Positions 27,352 to 36,691 of a DNA stretch of 64,000 nucleotides are shown in pieces. The first letter of the stretch is position 1. Each line of letters begins with the position of its first letter. Origin of the DNA: Longimicrobiales bacterium (GTDB lineage Bacteria; Gemmatimonadota; Gemmatimonadetes; Longimicrobiales; Gaopeijiaceae); the NCBI GenBank assembly GCA_965116905.1, contig OZ220732.1, positions 1,088,001 through 1,152,000 of the forward strand. The letters are read 5' to 3'. The notes beneath the pieces are model-generated. The model was not told where the DNA came from, made no database searches, and worked only from the letters and a program-made list of their open reading frames with translations. The position numbers were made by a program, and so were the translations under genes.

Positions 27352-28916
27352 CGGTCTCGCGCCATTCGCCGCAACACCGCCAGAATCTCCACTCGGTCCA
27401 CCTTCCCCACGCCCGTCAGCGGCATCTCGTCCACCACCACGAGGTGCCTCGGATGCGCGTACGCCGGCCCCTCTTCCAGCGTATACCGCTTCAGCGCCCC
27501 GACCGTTAGCGCCGAACCCGAGGCCAGTTTGACCATTGCCGCGGGCACGGCCCCCTTCAGCGCATGCGGGACCGGCACGACCGCCGCGTCCAGCACGTCC
27601 GGATGCGACAGGAGAAGGTCCTCGACCTCCTTGGGGTAGATGTTCTCGCCGCCCGAGTTGAACATGTCGTCGGTGCGGCCGCGGAAGTGGTAGAACCCGT
27701 CCTCGTCGCAGTGAAAGAGGTCGCCGGTGGCGAGCCAGCCGTCCCGGATGCGGTCGGCGTTGATGTCCGGGAGGTTGTGGTATCCGGGCGTGACGCCGGG
27801 ATTGCGGACCCACAGTTCGCCGTATTCGGGGTCCTCGACGCCGTCCCGCATGAGCTTGATCTCGCCCTCGGGCCAGGCCGCGCCGCAGCTTCCCCTCGGC
27901 ACCGGCCGGCCGTCGAGCGGGGGACCGAGCATGACGGGCCCGCCCTCGGTGAGGCCGTAGCTCTCGCCGACTTCGACGCCGAATGCCTGCTCCACCGCGT
28001 CCATGAGCTCCGGCTGCACCGGGGCCGACCCCAGCGTGACCCTCCTGAGCGCCGAGAAGTCGAGTTCCCGGATGAGGTCCGTGTGGTCCATGGCAATGGC
28101 GAAAACGGCGGGCACGGCGCCCACCTGGGTGCAACGGTATTCGCTCAGCGCCCGCAGGAACGCCACCGGCTCGAACCCGGGCTGGATCACCACCGATCCC
28201 CCCGCTTGCAGGAGCGGCTTGACCGCGCCGGCCATAGCGTTCTTGTGGTAGAGGGGAACGGCGGCGAGGGCACGGTCGCCGGGGTCGGCAGGCCAGTATT
28301 TCCGCAGGCAGCGCACCCACCAGAGCTGTCCCTCGTGGTCGAGGACGACGCCCTTGGGCTTGCCGGTCGACCCCGAGGTGTAGGGCTGGAAGGCGGGGTG
28401 GTCTGCGCCGAGGCGGGGCGGCTCGAAGTCGGCTGACGATCCCGCAAGCGCACCCTTGTAGCCCACCCAGCCGGTGCTTGCCCGTTCGCGGCCCGCGTGG
28501 TTGCCGCCGACCTCCCACCTCTTCTCGATCGAAAGCCGATCGACCACCTGCGCCGAGCGTGCGGTGACCGCGGTTTCGACGAAGGCGGCGGTGCAGCCGG
28601 CGTCCGCGACGACGTGGGCGAGCGACTCGGCCGACAGCTTGAAGTTGAGGGGTACGGGGACGGCGCCGCAGCGCATCGCGCCGAACATGATTTCGACGAA
28701 CTCGAAGCGGTTGCCGACGCTGAGCGCGACCCGTTCGCCCATTGCAACGCCCGCGTTGGTGAGCAGGTTGGCGACGCGGTCCATGCGTTCGTCGAGTTCA
28801 CGGTAGCTGACCCTGCGGGGCGTGGGGCGCGACAGGTCGATCAGCGCGGTGCGGTCGGGGAATTCGGCGCGGGCGTCGCTGAGCCAGTATCCGAGGTTCT
28901 CTGCGCGGTTTTTCAT
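27348..28916 (-). CDS. Class I adenylate-forming enzyme (acyl-CoA synthetase)
   Basis: 'YTSGSTGKPKG', 'YGLTE', 'TGD', 'GGENIYPKEVE', 'GKVDR'. Confidence 0.92.
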   Translation of the reverse strand: MKNRAENLGYWLSDARAEFPDRTALIDLSRPTPRRVSYRELDERMDRVANLLTNAGVAMGERVALSVGNRFEFVEIMFGAMRCGAVPVPLNFKLSAESLAHVVADAGCTAAFVETAVTARSAQVVDRLSIEKRWEVGGNHAGRERASTGWVGYKGALAGSSADFEPPRLGADHPAFQPYTSGSTGKPKGVVLDHEGQLWWVRCLRKYWPADPGDRALAAVPLYHKNAMAGAVKPLLQAGGSVVIQPGFEPVAFLRALSEYRCTQVGAVPAVFAIAMDHTDLIRELDFSALRRVTLGSAPVQPELMDAVEQAFGVEVGESYGLTEGGPVMLGPPLDGRPVPRGSCGAAWPEGEIKLMRDGVEDPEYGELWVRNPGVTPGYHNLPDINADRIRDGWLATGDLFHCDEDGFYHFRGRTDDMFNSGGENIYPKEVEDLLLSHPDVLDAAVVPVPHALKGAVPAAMVKLASGSALTVGALKRYTLEEGPAYAHPRHLVVVDEMPLTGVGKVDRVEILAVLRRMARDR

Positions 28917-28926
28917 GCCCCGGAGG

Positions 28927-29178
28927 TCACCGGTCCCCCGATCCGGCGGGCAGGGCCAGCGCCGAGATGCAGATGGCCGTGGCCACGCCGCCGATGACGA
29001 TCCAGATCCAGCCGCTGCCGGTGCGCATGACCGACGCCACGCCCCAGAGAGCCATTGCGTTGGCCGCCAGATTGACGATCAATCCCCAGACGCGCCCGGA
29101 CCATGGCCCGATGCGCCGGTCGAGGAAGCGCTCGAGCGCGGTCCCGCCGTCGCCGCGTCCACCCGCCCCGGCCGTCAC
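28927..29178 (-). CDS. Small two-TM membrane protein
   Basis: GTGA overlap with the upstream transporter; two hydrophobic helices. Confidence 0.6.
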   Translation of the reverse strand: MTAGAGGRGDGGTALERFLDRRIGPWSGRVWGLIVNLAANAMALWGVASVMRTGSGWIWIVIGGVATAICISALALPAGSGDR

Positions 29179-30524
29179 CACAACCCCAGCCGGTTGAAGA
29201 CGTAGGTAATCGCGATCGCGTTAAGGAGGGTCACCTGCAACAGGATCCCGAGGTTCCACAGGTACGACTCGCTGCGATCGGCGCCCAGCACCTTGCGGTC
29301 GTTCAGCAGCAGGTACATCGACCAGCCGACGACGTTGTTCGCGAGCGACAGGAACGCCGCGATGAAGATGACCAGCCAGACCGGCCGCGCGTTCCAGGCG
29401 GCGAGGAACGCGATCTGCGGCAGGAGCGCGCTGATCTTCCAGCGCCACGACGCGGTGTCGGGCTCCCACCCGAAGGCCTCGTGGATGGCCATTGCGCCGG
29501 CCAGGCTCATGGCCACGGTGGTCGTGATGGGGACTGCGAGGAATCCGACGTAGAAGAGGATTTGCGACCAGGTGGGACCGAGCAATGGCATGAGCGCCGC
29601 CGCCAGTTCGGGCGCCGACTCCGGTGTGATCCCCTGCGGGAAGAGCGTCGCCGCGAAGACGCCGATCACCAGGAAATTGACGACCACGAACGGGATGAAG
29701 AGTCCGGCGAACAGGTCGAAGCGCGCGAGCGACTCGTGGTTCCGTCCCCATCCCCGGCCCAGGCCCGCGTAGTGGAAGAACACCCAGTCCATCACGCCCA
29801 CGGCCGCGGCGGACGATGCGATGAAGAGATCCAGCCCCTCCCCTCCCCCCGGCAGCCAGGGCACGAAGGCACCGCGGGCCGCCGCGCCCCAGTCGACGCC
29901 CACGACCACCAGGACCGCGCCGAATGCGACGATCATGAGCGCGATCGCGCCCTTCATCACGGTCTCGACCAGGCGCGTGCCGGTGCCGCCGCGGCGTCCG
30001 TAGCTGAGGATCAGCCAGCTGGTGACCCCCACGTAGAGGATCCAGTTGTACTCGGCGGGGAAGGAGAAGCCGGCGAACGGCGCGAGGGATTCGATCAGGT
30101 GGGTGCCGAGGGCGACCTGGCCGAAGTTGAAGATCACGGCCACCGCCGCCGTGCCCACCAGTGCGGTCAGCAGCGATCCGACGAGCCAGGAGTGGCGCCG
30201 ATTCTGGACCTGGATGACGCGGAAGCCGCCCTTGCAGGTGAAACGGGCCATCGCGGCCATCATGAACAGGCCGAGGCCGCACGCGAGCCAGATCAGCCAC
30301 AGGGTGCGGTAGCCGAAGGTGGCGCCCGAGAGCATCGAGGACGTGAGGGTGCCGGCCCCGAGCGTGAGTGCGGCGCCCATGAACCCCGGACCGGCCAGGC
30401 GGGCGTAGCCGCTGATCCGCTTGTGGGCCGGAGCTTTTGCCAGGGCTGCCAGCCGGCCGGCCTCGGCATCCAGCACTTCGGCTGGAATGCGCTGGGCGAT
30501 GGGATAGCCGGACGGGTCGTTCAC
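29175..30524 (-). CDS. NRAMP-like (APC fold) transporter
   Basis: 'GPGFMGAALTLGAG..GATFGYRTLW'; many TM segments. Confidence 0.8.
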   Translation of the reverse strand: MNDPSGYPIAQRIPAEVLDAEAGRLAALAKAPAHKRISGYARLAGPGFMGAALTLGAGTLTSSMLSGATFGYRTLWLIWLACGLGLFMMAAMARFTCKGGFRVIQVQNRRHSWLVGSLLTALVGTAAVAVIFNFGQVALGTHLIESLAPFAGFSFPAEYNWILYVGVTSWLILSYGRRGGTGTRLVETVMKGAIALMIVAFGAVLVVVGVDWGAAARGAFVPWLPGGGEGLDLFIASSAAAVGVMDWVFFHYAGLGRGWGRNHESLARFDLFAGLFIPFVVVNFLVIGVFAATLFPQGITPESAPELAAALMPLLGPTWSQILFYVGFLAVPITTTVAMSLAGAMAIHEAFGWEPDTASWRWKISALLPQIAFLAAWNARPVWLVIFIAAFLSLANNVVGWSMYLLLNDRKVLGADRSESYLWNLGILLQVTLLNAIAITYVFNRLGLW

Positions 30525-31531
30525 AGGGTCAGTATCGATTTGCCGAACACCTTCCGCTGCATGAGTTCGCCCATCGCCGTGCGGACATCCTCGACCGGTC
30601 TGACGGCATGGATGACCGGCTCCAGTTCGCCTTCGGCCACCATCGCCAGCAGGCGGGCCAGCCCCTCGCGGCTCCATCCGTCCGACCCGATGATCGTCTG
30701 TTCGAAGCTCCAGATGTAGCGGATGTCGGTGGACGGGTCGTAGCCGGCGGTGGCCCCGCAGGTGACCATGCGCCCCTGGAAGCGCAGGACCTTCAGGCTG
30801 GCCGCCCAGGTGGCGCCGCCGATGTAGTTGACCACGACGTCCACGCCGCCGGACTCCGGGTCGTGGTAGCGGGGCCGGCCGGCGATCTCGCGCACGAGCC
30901 GGATCAGTTCGTTGGAGCGCGACGGCAGGACGTGGTCGGCGCCGATGGCCCGCAGGCGCTCCAGCTTGCCGGGAGAGCCTCCGGTCGCGATCACCTCGGC
31001 GCCGATGCGCTTGCAGAGCTGGACGCTGCAGGTGCCCACGCCGCCGGTGGCGCCCAGAATCAGCACGGTTTCGCCCGCTTGCACGCGCGCGCGGTCCTCG
31101 ACCATGCGAAGCGCGGTCCCGTAGGCGACCGGGAGGGCGGCGGCATGCTCGAACGAGACGCCATCGGGGATCGGTACCAGGTTCTCCAGCGGGACCGCGA
31201 GGTACTCCGCCGCCGCGCCGGGAGCCTTCTCGCCGAGCATGCCGCGGTCGGCGATGATGGGGTCGATCATCGCCCGGTCCCCGGTCCGCCACCCCGCCGG
31301 GTCCGTCCCGGGGCCGAACCCCGCCACCTCGCCGGCCGCGTCGCCGCACGGGGTCATGGGGAAGGGAATGCGCAGCCCCGTGGTGCCGGCCAGCATCATG
31401 GGGTCGAAGCCGTTGAGGGCGCAGGCGCGAATGCGAATGAGCGCCTCGCCGGGCCCGGGTTCGGGGGTGGGGACGTCGGCCAGCCGGAGCTGGTCGGCGG
31501 CGCCGTGGCGGTCGTAGAGGACGGCCTTCAT
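30521..31531 (-). CDS. MDR-family NAD(P)-dependent oxidoreductase (quinone reductase-like)
   Basis: 'PEPGPGEALIRIRACALN', 'GATGGVG', 'CGATAG', 'FGKSIL'. Confidence 0.88.
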   Translation of the reverse strand: MKAVLYDRHGAADQLRLADVPTPEPGPGEALIRIRACALNGFDPMMLAGTTGLRIPFPMTPCGDAAGEVAGFGPGTDPAGWRTGDRAMIDPIIADRGMLGEKAPGAAAEYLAVPLENLVPIPDGVSFEHAAALPVAYGTALRMVEDRARVQAGETVLILGATGGVGTCSVQLCKRIGAEVIATGGSPGKLERLRAIGADHVLPSRSNELIRLVREIAGRPRYHDPESGGVDVVVNYIGGATWAASLKVLRFQGRMVTCGATAGYDPSTDIRYIWSFEQTIIGSDGWSREGLARLLAMVAEGELEPVIHAVRPVEDVRTAMGELMQRKVFGKSILTL

Positions 31532-31554
31532 GGTGCGCGGCGGTCCACGGGCCG

Positions 31555-31977
31555 CTAACCGGCCATCGACGAGTAGGTGCCGCGTCCCACCGCGCAGAGG
31601 CGGCCCTGGTCGTCGTGCACGTCCACGTCGGAGACCGAGATGGTGCGGCCGCCGCGCCGCAGCCGCGCTGTCGCCAGCAGGTACGGACCGGTGCATGGGC
31701 GCAGGTAGTCGACCCGCAACGAAATGGTGGGGACCCCTCCGCCCGCGCGCACCGCCACGACCATGTCGCCGGCGATGTCGATGAGCGACGCGATGGGGCC
31801 GCCGTGATAGATCGTGCCGTCTCCCCGCGTGAGGTCGTCCCGTTTGGCCATTCTGAGGACGATGGTCTCGCCGTCCTCGCTCATGTCTTCCAGGGTGATT
31901 CCAAGGGCAACGATGGCTTCGGCACCCGCCAGCACGGACTCGATCAAGTCCCAGGATTCGGTGTTTTTCGGTGGCAT
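31555..31977 (-). CDS. PaaI-family thioesterase
   Basis: 'HGGPIASLID', 'TISLRVDYLRP', 'GRGTY'. Confidence 0.9.
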   Translation of the reverse strand: MPPKNTESWDLIESVLAGAEAIVALGITLEDMSEDGETIVLRMAKRDDLTRGDGTIYHGGPIASLIDIAGDMVVAVRAGGGVPTISLRVDYLRPCTGPYLLATARLRRGGRTISVSDVDVHDDQGRLCAVGRGTYSSMAG

Positions 31978-32106
31978 GGCGTAAGGAGTTAGTGTGGCGT
32001 CGGGTGGCGGGCAAGTGGAAGCACGACTCCGCATCCGCCTTGACCCGCGAGGAGGCGCGCCCCCACTTGACTGGGAGTCCCCTCAGTTCCGGAAGGAGCC
32101 GCTCCG

Positions 32107-34206
32107 ATGCGCATCGCCGCCCGCGTTCCGTTTTCGCCTGCCGCCGCAGTATCGCTGGTCATGTGCGCCCTGTTTGCGGGCGCCGCGATCTCCACCCTTT
32201 CGCCGCCTTCGCTCTCTGCCCAGGATGCCGCCCGGCTCACCGTCGACCGGTACCTCGACTGGGAGCGCGTGAGCGACCCGCGCATCTCGCCCGACGGCAC
32301 CCGCATCGTCTACACGAAGAGCTGGGTGAACAAGCAGGAGGACCGATGGGACTCCGGGCTTCACATGATGAACGCCGACGGGTCGCGGAAGCGCTTCCTC
32401 GTGGACGGTTCGGGGGCCCGCTGGTCGCCGGACGGCACCCGCATTCTCTTCACTGCCGCGGACGACGACGGCGGGAGCCAGATCTTCGTCCGCTGGATGG
32501 ACGAGGAAGGCAACGTCACGCAGGTGACCCGGGTCCAGGGAACGCCCATGAACGCCATGTGGTCGCCCGACGGCAACATGATCTCGTTCACCATGGACAC
32601 GCCCGGCGAACTGCCGAGCGACTGGTCCATCGACCTTCCGGCCGCTCCCCCAGGCGCCACGTGGACCGAGACCCCCCGCATCGTCGAGAACATGCACTTC
32701 CGCAGGGACTTCGTCGGATTCACGGATCCGGCCTACCATCACCTCTTCGTCGTCCCCTCCACGGGGGGCACGGCCCGCCAGCTGACCCACGGCAAGTGGC
32801 ACGTCGGAGCCCGGTTCATCGCCGTCTACTGGGGCGCCGGCTACGACTGGACGCCCGACGGGAGCACGATTGTCTTTGACGGATTGATGAAGGAGGACTG
32901 GGACAAGCGCTACTTCGAGTCGGCGATCAACGCCGTGGACGTGGCCACCGGCGAGATGCGCGAGATCACCTCGACGCGCGGACTCTGGACCGGTCCGGCG
33001 GTCTCGCCCGACGGCAACACCATCGCCTTTACCGGCTATGAATGGTCGCCGCAGACCTACCATGTCGGCGAAATCCACACGATCGGGATCGACGGCAGCG
33101 GCATGCGCAAGCTCACGCCCGACCTGGACCGGGACATCGGGGGCATCATATGGGACGATGACGGCACCCGTTTCTACTTCTCCGTCCAGGACCGGGGCTC
33201 TGCGAACGTCTATTCGGCCACGACCGGGGGCGACCTGCGGCAGCTGACCGACGACGTCCACATGCTGTCGTTCACGTCGGCGGCGGGCGGGACCGCGGTT
33301 GGCGTGCGCTCGGCTCCGCAGACCCCTGGGGACGTGGTCCGGTTCGACCTCGAAGCTGGCGCGGATCCGGAGCAGCTTACGCGGGTGAACGAGGATGTGT
33401 TGGAGGGCGTCGTTCTCGGAGACATCGAGGAAATCTGGTACGAGTCCACCGAAGGGGCGCAGGTACAGGGATGGGTCATCAAGCCGCCCGGCTTCGACCC
33501 CACGCGCCGCTACCCCCTGATCATGGAAATCCACGGCGGCCCGCACGGCATGTACAACGTCGGCTTCAACTGGATGTTCCAGAACTTCGCCGCCAACGAC
33601 TTCGTGGTCCTCTACACGAATCCGCGCGGCTCAACCGGCTATGGCACCGACTTCGGCAACGCAATCGACGACCGCTACCCCGGTGAGCGCGACCTCGCGG
33701 ACCTGCTGTACGGCGTCGACGAGGTCGTCAGCCGGGGATACATCGACACCGACAGGATGTACGTGGGCGGCTGCTCCGGAGGAGGCGCACTTTCCAGCTG
33801 GGTGATCGGCCACGACGACCGCTTCGCGGGCGCGGCCGTGCGCTGTCCGGTCATCAACTGGATGTCGTTCGCCGGCACCGCCGACGTGGCCATGTGGGGC
33901 TACCGCCGCTTCCGCGAACTGCCCTGGGAGAACCCGGACAAGTGGCTGCATCACTCGTCGCTCATGTACGCGGGCAACGTCACCACGCCCACGCTGCTGC
34001 TGACCGGGGAACTGGACCTCCGCACGCCGATGTCCCAGACGGAGGAGTACTACCAGGCGCTCAAGATGGTCGGCGTTCCCGCGGCCATCATCCGCTTCAA
34101 CGGCGAGTACCACGGCACGGGCAGCAAGCCGTCCAACTTCATGCGAACCCAGCTGTACATGCGGAAGTGGTATGACCGGTGGGTGGGCAAGAGGCCGGTG
34201 AGCTGA
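32107..34206 (+). CDS. S9 family peptidase (propeller plus catalytic domain), secreted
   Basis: WSPDG repeats, 'IHGGPHG', 'NPRGSTGYG', GCSGG nucleophile, 'DLRTP', 'EYHG'. Confidence 0.92.
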   Translation: MRIAARVPFSPAAAVSLVMCALFAGAAISTLSPPSLSAQDAARLTVDRYLDWERVSDPRISPDGTRIVYTKSWVNKQEDRWDSGLHMMNADGSRKRFLVDGSGARWSPDGTRILFTAADDDGGSQIFVRWMDEEGNVTQVTRVQGTPMNAMWSPDGNMISFTMDTPGELPSDWSIDLPAAPPGATWTETPRIVENMHFRRDFVGFTDPAYHHLFVVPSTGGTARQLTHGKWHVGARFIAVYWGAGYDWTPDGSTIVFDGLMKEDWDKRYFESAINAVDVATGEMREITSTRGLWTGPAVSPDGNTIAFTGYEWSPQTYHVGEIHTIGIDGSGMRKLTPDLDRDIGGIIWDDDGTRFYFSVQDRGSANVYSATTGGDLRQLTDDVHMLSFTSAAGGTAVGVRSAPQTPGDVVRFDLEAGADPEQLTRVNEDVLEGVVLGDIEEIWYESTEGAQVQGWVIKPPGFDPTRRYPLIMEIHGGPHGMYNVGFNWMFQNFAANDFVVLYTNPRGSTGYGTDFGNAIDDRYPGERDLADLLYGVDEVVSRGYIDTDRMYVGGCSGGGALSSWVIGHDDRFAGAAVRCPVINWMSFAGTADVAMWGYRRFRELPWENPDKWLHHSSLMYAGNVTTPTLLLTGELDLRTPMSQTEEYYQALKMVGVPAAIIRFNGEYHGTGSKPSNFMRTQLYMRKWYDRWVGKRPVS

Positions 34207-35726
34207 TGAGCGCACCCCACGACGCCGGTGGGGGCACGCCGGGCGCCCGCCCACGCGAGGCGCGCTCGGGGCTGCCCGCGTTCGAGAAGGCGGAGCTGCC
34301 CGCGCCGCCACGGCCCAAGGGTCTGTCGTGGCTGGGCGTCGTGGGGCCCGGCGTCATTGTGCTGGGCGCGTCGATCGGCAGCGGCGAGTTCCTGCTCGGA
34401 CCCGCGGCGTTCGTGCAATACGGGCTGGTGCTGCTGTGGGTGACGCTGGTGGCGGCGTTCTTCCAGACCGTTTTCAACACGGAATTGATGCGCTGGACCA
34501 TTGCCACCGGCGAGCCCGTCGTCACCGGCTTCATGCGCACGAAGCCTTGGTCCCAGTTCTGGGCGTGGGTGTACGCGCTGCTCTACTTCCTGCAGGTGGG
34601 CTGGCCCGGTTGGGCGGGCGCGGCCGCGGGAGCGATCTTCTTCCTGATCTTCCGCGACCTCGCGGGACCCGGCCAGGAGCACATCGTCTACTGGATCGGC
34701 GTGGGAACCTTCGTGCTGTGCGTGGGAATCCTGCTCTTCGGGAAGCGGATCGAACGCACGCTCGAGCTGCTGAACTGGGTGTTGGTGTCCGCGATCATCG
34801 GCGGCTTCCTGATCCTCGCGGCCATCTTCGTGGCGCCGGACACCTGGGTCTCGGCCGCGGCGGGGCTCGTCGGCTACGACACGGGCACCGGCGGCTTCCG
34901 CTTCATCCCGGAGGGCGTGGACTGGTTCCTCATCGGCGCCTTCGCGGCGTACTCGGGCGCGGGCGGCGTCGTCAACCTGACGCTGTCCAACTGGGCCCGG
35001 GACAAAGGGTACGGCATGGGGAAGCGCGCCGGGTACATTCCGGCCGCGGTCGGCGGTGAAAAGACCGCACTCGCGCCGACCGGCTACACCTTCGACACCA
35101 CGTCCGACGCCATGGCCCGATGGCGCGGCTGGTGGCGCATCGTGCGTGCGGACCAGTGGATCGTCTACTTCGTCGGGGCGATGCTCGGGATGGTCCTCCC
35201 GGCGGTGATCTACGTCACGTTCATCGAGGCCGGCACCGACATCCGCGGCCTGTCCGTCGCGGCCACGCTGGCGAACGCGATCGCGAGCGAGAAGGGCGCC
35301 ATTTTCGGCGGGATCATCGCGATGATGGCCGTCTGGGTGCTCTTCAAGACCCAGCTCGACATCCTGGAGGGCATGACCCGCGCGATCACCGACATCCTCT
35401 GGACCGGCTCGCGCACGGTACGGCGGTGGCGCGGCGGCGATGTCCGGGTCGTGTACTACACGGTCCTGGGGGTGCTGTGCGTGTGGGGAATCATCGCGCT
35501 GGGGGTGGCGCAGCCGATCATCCTGCTCCAGTTGGGCGCCAACATGGCCGGGGTCGTCTTCGTGATCTCGTCGCTGCACCTGCTGTACATCAACACGCGC
35601 TTCCTGCCCGAGGAAGTGCGGCCACCCATGTGGCGCCGGGTCTCACTGGTACTGATGTCGGTCTTCTACGGGGCGTTCGTGACGCTTTGGTTGCGCGGCA
35701 TGATCGGGGATTGGCTGGGCGGGTAG
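34206..35726 (+). CDS. NRAMP-like transporter
   Basis: TGATG coupling to the peptidase; 'GPGVIVLGASIGSGEF'; many TM segments. Confidence 0.8.
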   Translation: MSAPHDAGGGTPGARPREARSGLPAFEKAELPAPPRPKGLSWLGVVGPGVIVLGASIGSGEFLLGPAAFVQYGLVLLWVTLVAAFFQTVFNTELMRWTIATGEPVVTGFMRTKPWSQFWAWVYALLYFLQVGWPGWAGAAAGAIFFLIFRDLAGPGQEHIVYWIGVGTFVLCVGILLFGKRIERTLELLNWVLVSAIIGGFLILAAIFVAPDTWVSAAAGLVGYDTGTGGFRFIPEGVDWFLIGAFAAYSGAGGVVNLTLSNWARDKGYGMGKRAGYIPAAVGGEKTALAPTGYTFDTTSDAMARWRGWWRIVRADQWIVYFVGAMLGMVLPAVIYVTFIEAGTDIRGLSVAATLANAIASEKGAIFGGIIAMMAVWVLFKTQLDILEGMTRAITDILWTGSRTVRRWRGGDVRVVYYTVLGVLCVWGIIALGVAQPIILLQLGANMAGVVFVISSLHLLYINTRFLPEEVRPPMWRRVSLVLMSVFYGAFVTLWLRGMIGDWLGG

Positions 35727-35727
35727 C

Positions 35728-36246
35728 TCACCCCCGGCCGATCCTGAACATCTCGATTTCGAAGATCAGGGTCTCGTTGGGGCCGACCAGGCCGTCGATT
35801 CCGGCGCGGCCGTAGCCCAGCCTGCCGGGCACGATGACCTCGAGGTGGCTCCCGATCGGCATCAGCAGCAGCGCTTCCCGAAACCCCCGGATGAGATCCC
35901 GGGGCGAGAGCACGTCCGGTGAGCCGCGCTCGTAGGACGAGTCGATCACCGTCCCGTCTTCGAGCTTGCAGCTGTAGTGGATCAGAACCCGGTCCCTCGC
36001 GCGGGGCGGCGGACCGGTCCCTTCCCGCAGGATCCTGTATCTGAGCCCGCTGCGGGTGGTGATGAAGCCGTCCGCGTCGGGGGTCGGGTCCGCGGGGCTC
36101 GCGATGGGAACGCCGCCGCCGGAAGCGCAAGCGGAGGTCGCCGCGGCCGCCGTGCTCGCCGCGAGGGTCAGGAGCAGGGTCGTGCGCGTCAGGAGCGGGA
36201 TCGCGCGCGCCGCCCAGGCCGCCGCGACCGTTCGGGTCGCCCTCAT
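35728..36246 (-). CDS. FKBP-type peptidyl-prolyl isomerase
   Basis: 'SGLRY..HY..L.DGTVIDSSY.RG..GF.EAL..GPNETLIFEIE'. Confidence 0.88.
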   Translation of the reverse strand: MRATRTVAAAWAARAIPLLTRTTLLLTLAASTAAAATSACASGGGVPIASPADPTPDADGFITTRSGLRYRILREGTGPPPRARDRVLIHYSCKLEDGTVIDSSYERGSPDVLSPRDLIRGFREALLLMPIGSHLEVIVPGRLGYGRAGIDGLVGPNETLIFEIEMFRIGRG

Positions 36247-36665
36247 CCCCCCTCGATGATTTCAAGCAGCTCGATCTCGAAGATCAGCGTCTCGTTGGGC
36301 CCGATCAGGCCGCCGCCCGCGCCTTCCTCGCCATAGGCCAGCTCGGAGGGGATGGTGACGCGCATATGGCCGCCGACCGACATCAGCTGCAGCGCCTCCC
36401 CGAATCCGGCGATCACGCCGTCCACCCGGAAGGTGTTGGGCTCGCCGCGGTCGTAGGACGCATCGAACTGCGAGCCGTCGGTGAGCGTGCCGCGGTAGTG
36501 CACGACGACCTCGTCATTCATCGTGGGCCTGGCACCGTCTCCCTCGCGGAGCATCTGGTACTCGAGTCCGCTGTCGGTGGTCATGACTGCGGGCTCACCC
36601 TCCGCGCACGCCGCGCCGAGCGTGATGGCCAGAGCGCCGCACGCCGTCTGAATTGCCTTTCGCAT
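36243..36665 (-). CDS. FKBP-type peptidyl-prolyl isomerase (lipoprotein)
   Basis: Lipobox 'GAAC'; 'VHYRGTLTDGSQFDASY', 'VIAGFGEAL', 'PSELAYG'. Confidence 0.92.
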   Translation of the reverse strand: MRKAIQTACGALAITLGAACAEGEPAVMTTDSGLEYQMLREGDGARPTMNDEVVVHYRGTLTDGSQFDASYDRGEPNTFRVDGVIAGFGEALQLMSVGGHMRVTIPSELAYGEEGAGGGLIGPNETLIFEIELLEIIEGG

Positions 36666-36691
36666 CCTGCCTCCTTTTTCCGTATACGCCC

